Assembly: GCF_004010195.1 (NCBI RefSeq)
Contig: NC_057718.1
Coordinates: 30,758,767 to 30,822,766 of the forward strand
Source: Chiloscyllium plagiosum
Taxonomy: Eukaryota
Length of the DNA: 64,000 nt
Reading direction: 5' to 3'
A program made the translations under genes and the position numbers. A model generated the notes under the pieces. That model did no database searches. It saw only the letters and a list, made by a program, of their open reading frames with translations, and had not been told where the DNA came from. Shown here one piece after another: positions 63,511-64,000 of this stretch (positions are counted from its first letter, which is position 1; each line of letters begins with the position of its first letter).

Positions 63511-64000
63511 ATTTACATCAAAGGTAAACGGATAGAAAAAAAGGATTCTTGCCTCTGGCAGATAGAAGGACCCTGCTTGAAATAAGTTTTTAATTCAAAC
63601 ACACGCAAACCGACATTACAAATTTTGACACTAATTGCCAGTGTCACTCAGGTCACAGGATTAATGTGTGGAAAATAGCAATTGATATGAGTTTGTCTCC
63701 AAAAGGGTGTTTTACTTGATGCAGCTCCTGTAACATAAGAAACTGGGCATGGATATCATGGTATTGAAGACTGCAACAGACATTGATTACAACTAACTAT
63801 TATGTAGAAATATTACATTCCTTGGGGACATGTGTACCTGGGCTACTGTTAGGCTAGTAGGTTATAACAGAAGAGAATGCATCCATCAGCATGTAGTGAT
63901 CTAAGTGACCTGAGGTGATCAGTAAGTTTTGCATGAGCAGTTAGGAGACAGCACATCCAGATGAAGACAGACAGTGTGAATGTGTGTTTCTGTGCATTTG

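Overview
Vertebrate non-coding, repeat-dense genomic DNA, almost certainly from an elasmobranch. The basis is HE1-type V-SINEs with (TCTAA)n tails plus HER1/CR1 LINEs; a bamboo/carpet-shark origin is only a guess. I found no convincing host protein-coding exon, rRNA, true tRNA or CRISPR array. Nearly all longer ORFs in the track are broken pieces of transposable elements. These comprise: about 12 CR1 LINE copies (one near full length with an SGNH-esterase ORF1, 51.05-55.6 kb); a decayed full-length Gypsy LTR element (21.68-26.85 kb) and a solo LTR of the same family; further Gypsy and Copia-like relics; Penelope-like elements carrying hammerhead-ribozyme core motifs; fossil PIF/Harbinger elements (transposase tail, Myb/SANT gene, TIRs); and several tRNA-derived SINE families. 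A 500-N assembly gap lies at 48237-48736. The most notable non-TE signals are a TE-poor block at about 10.75-18.4 kb, which holds an OTX/CRX-type site cluster and an AT-rich but CpG-retaining segment (candidate enhancers), and an unexplained degenerate five-unit repeat at 42.28-43.21 kb. I do not see an intact novel multi-gene system. Family assignments come from motif recognition by eye, not database searches.
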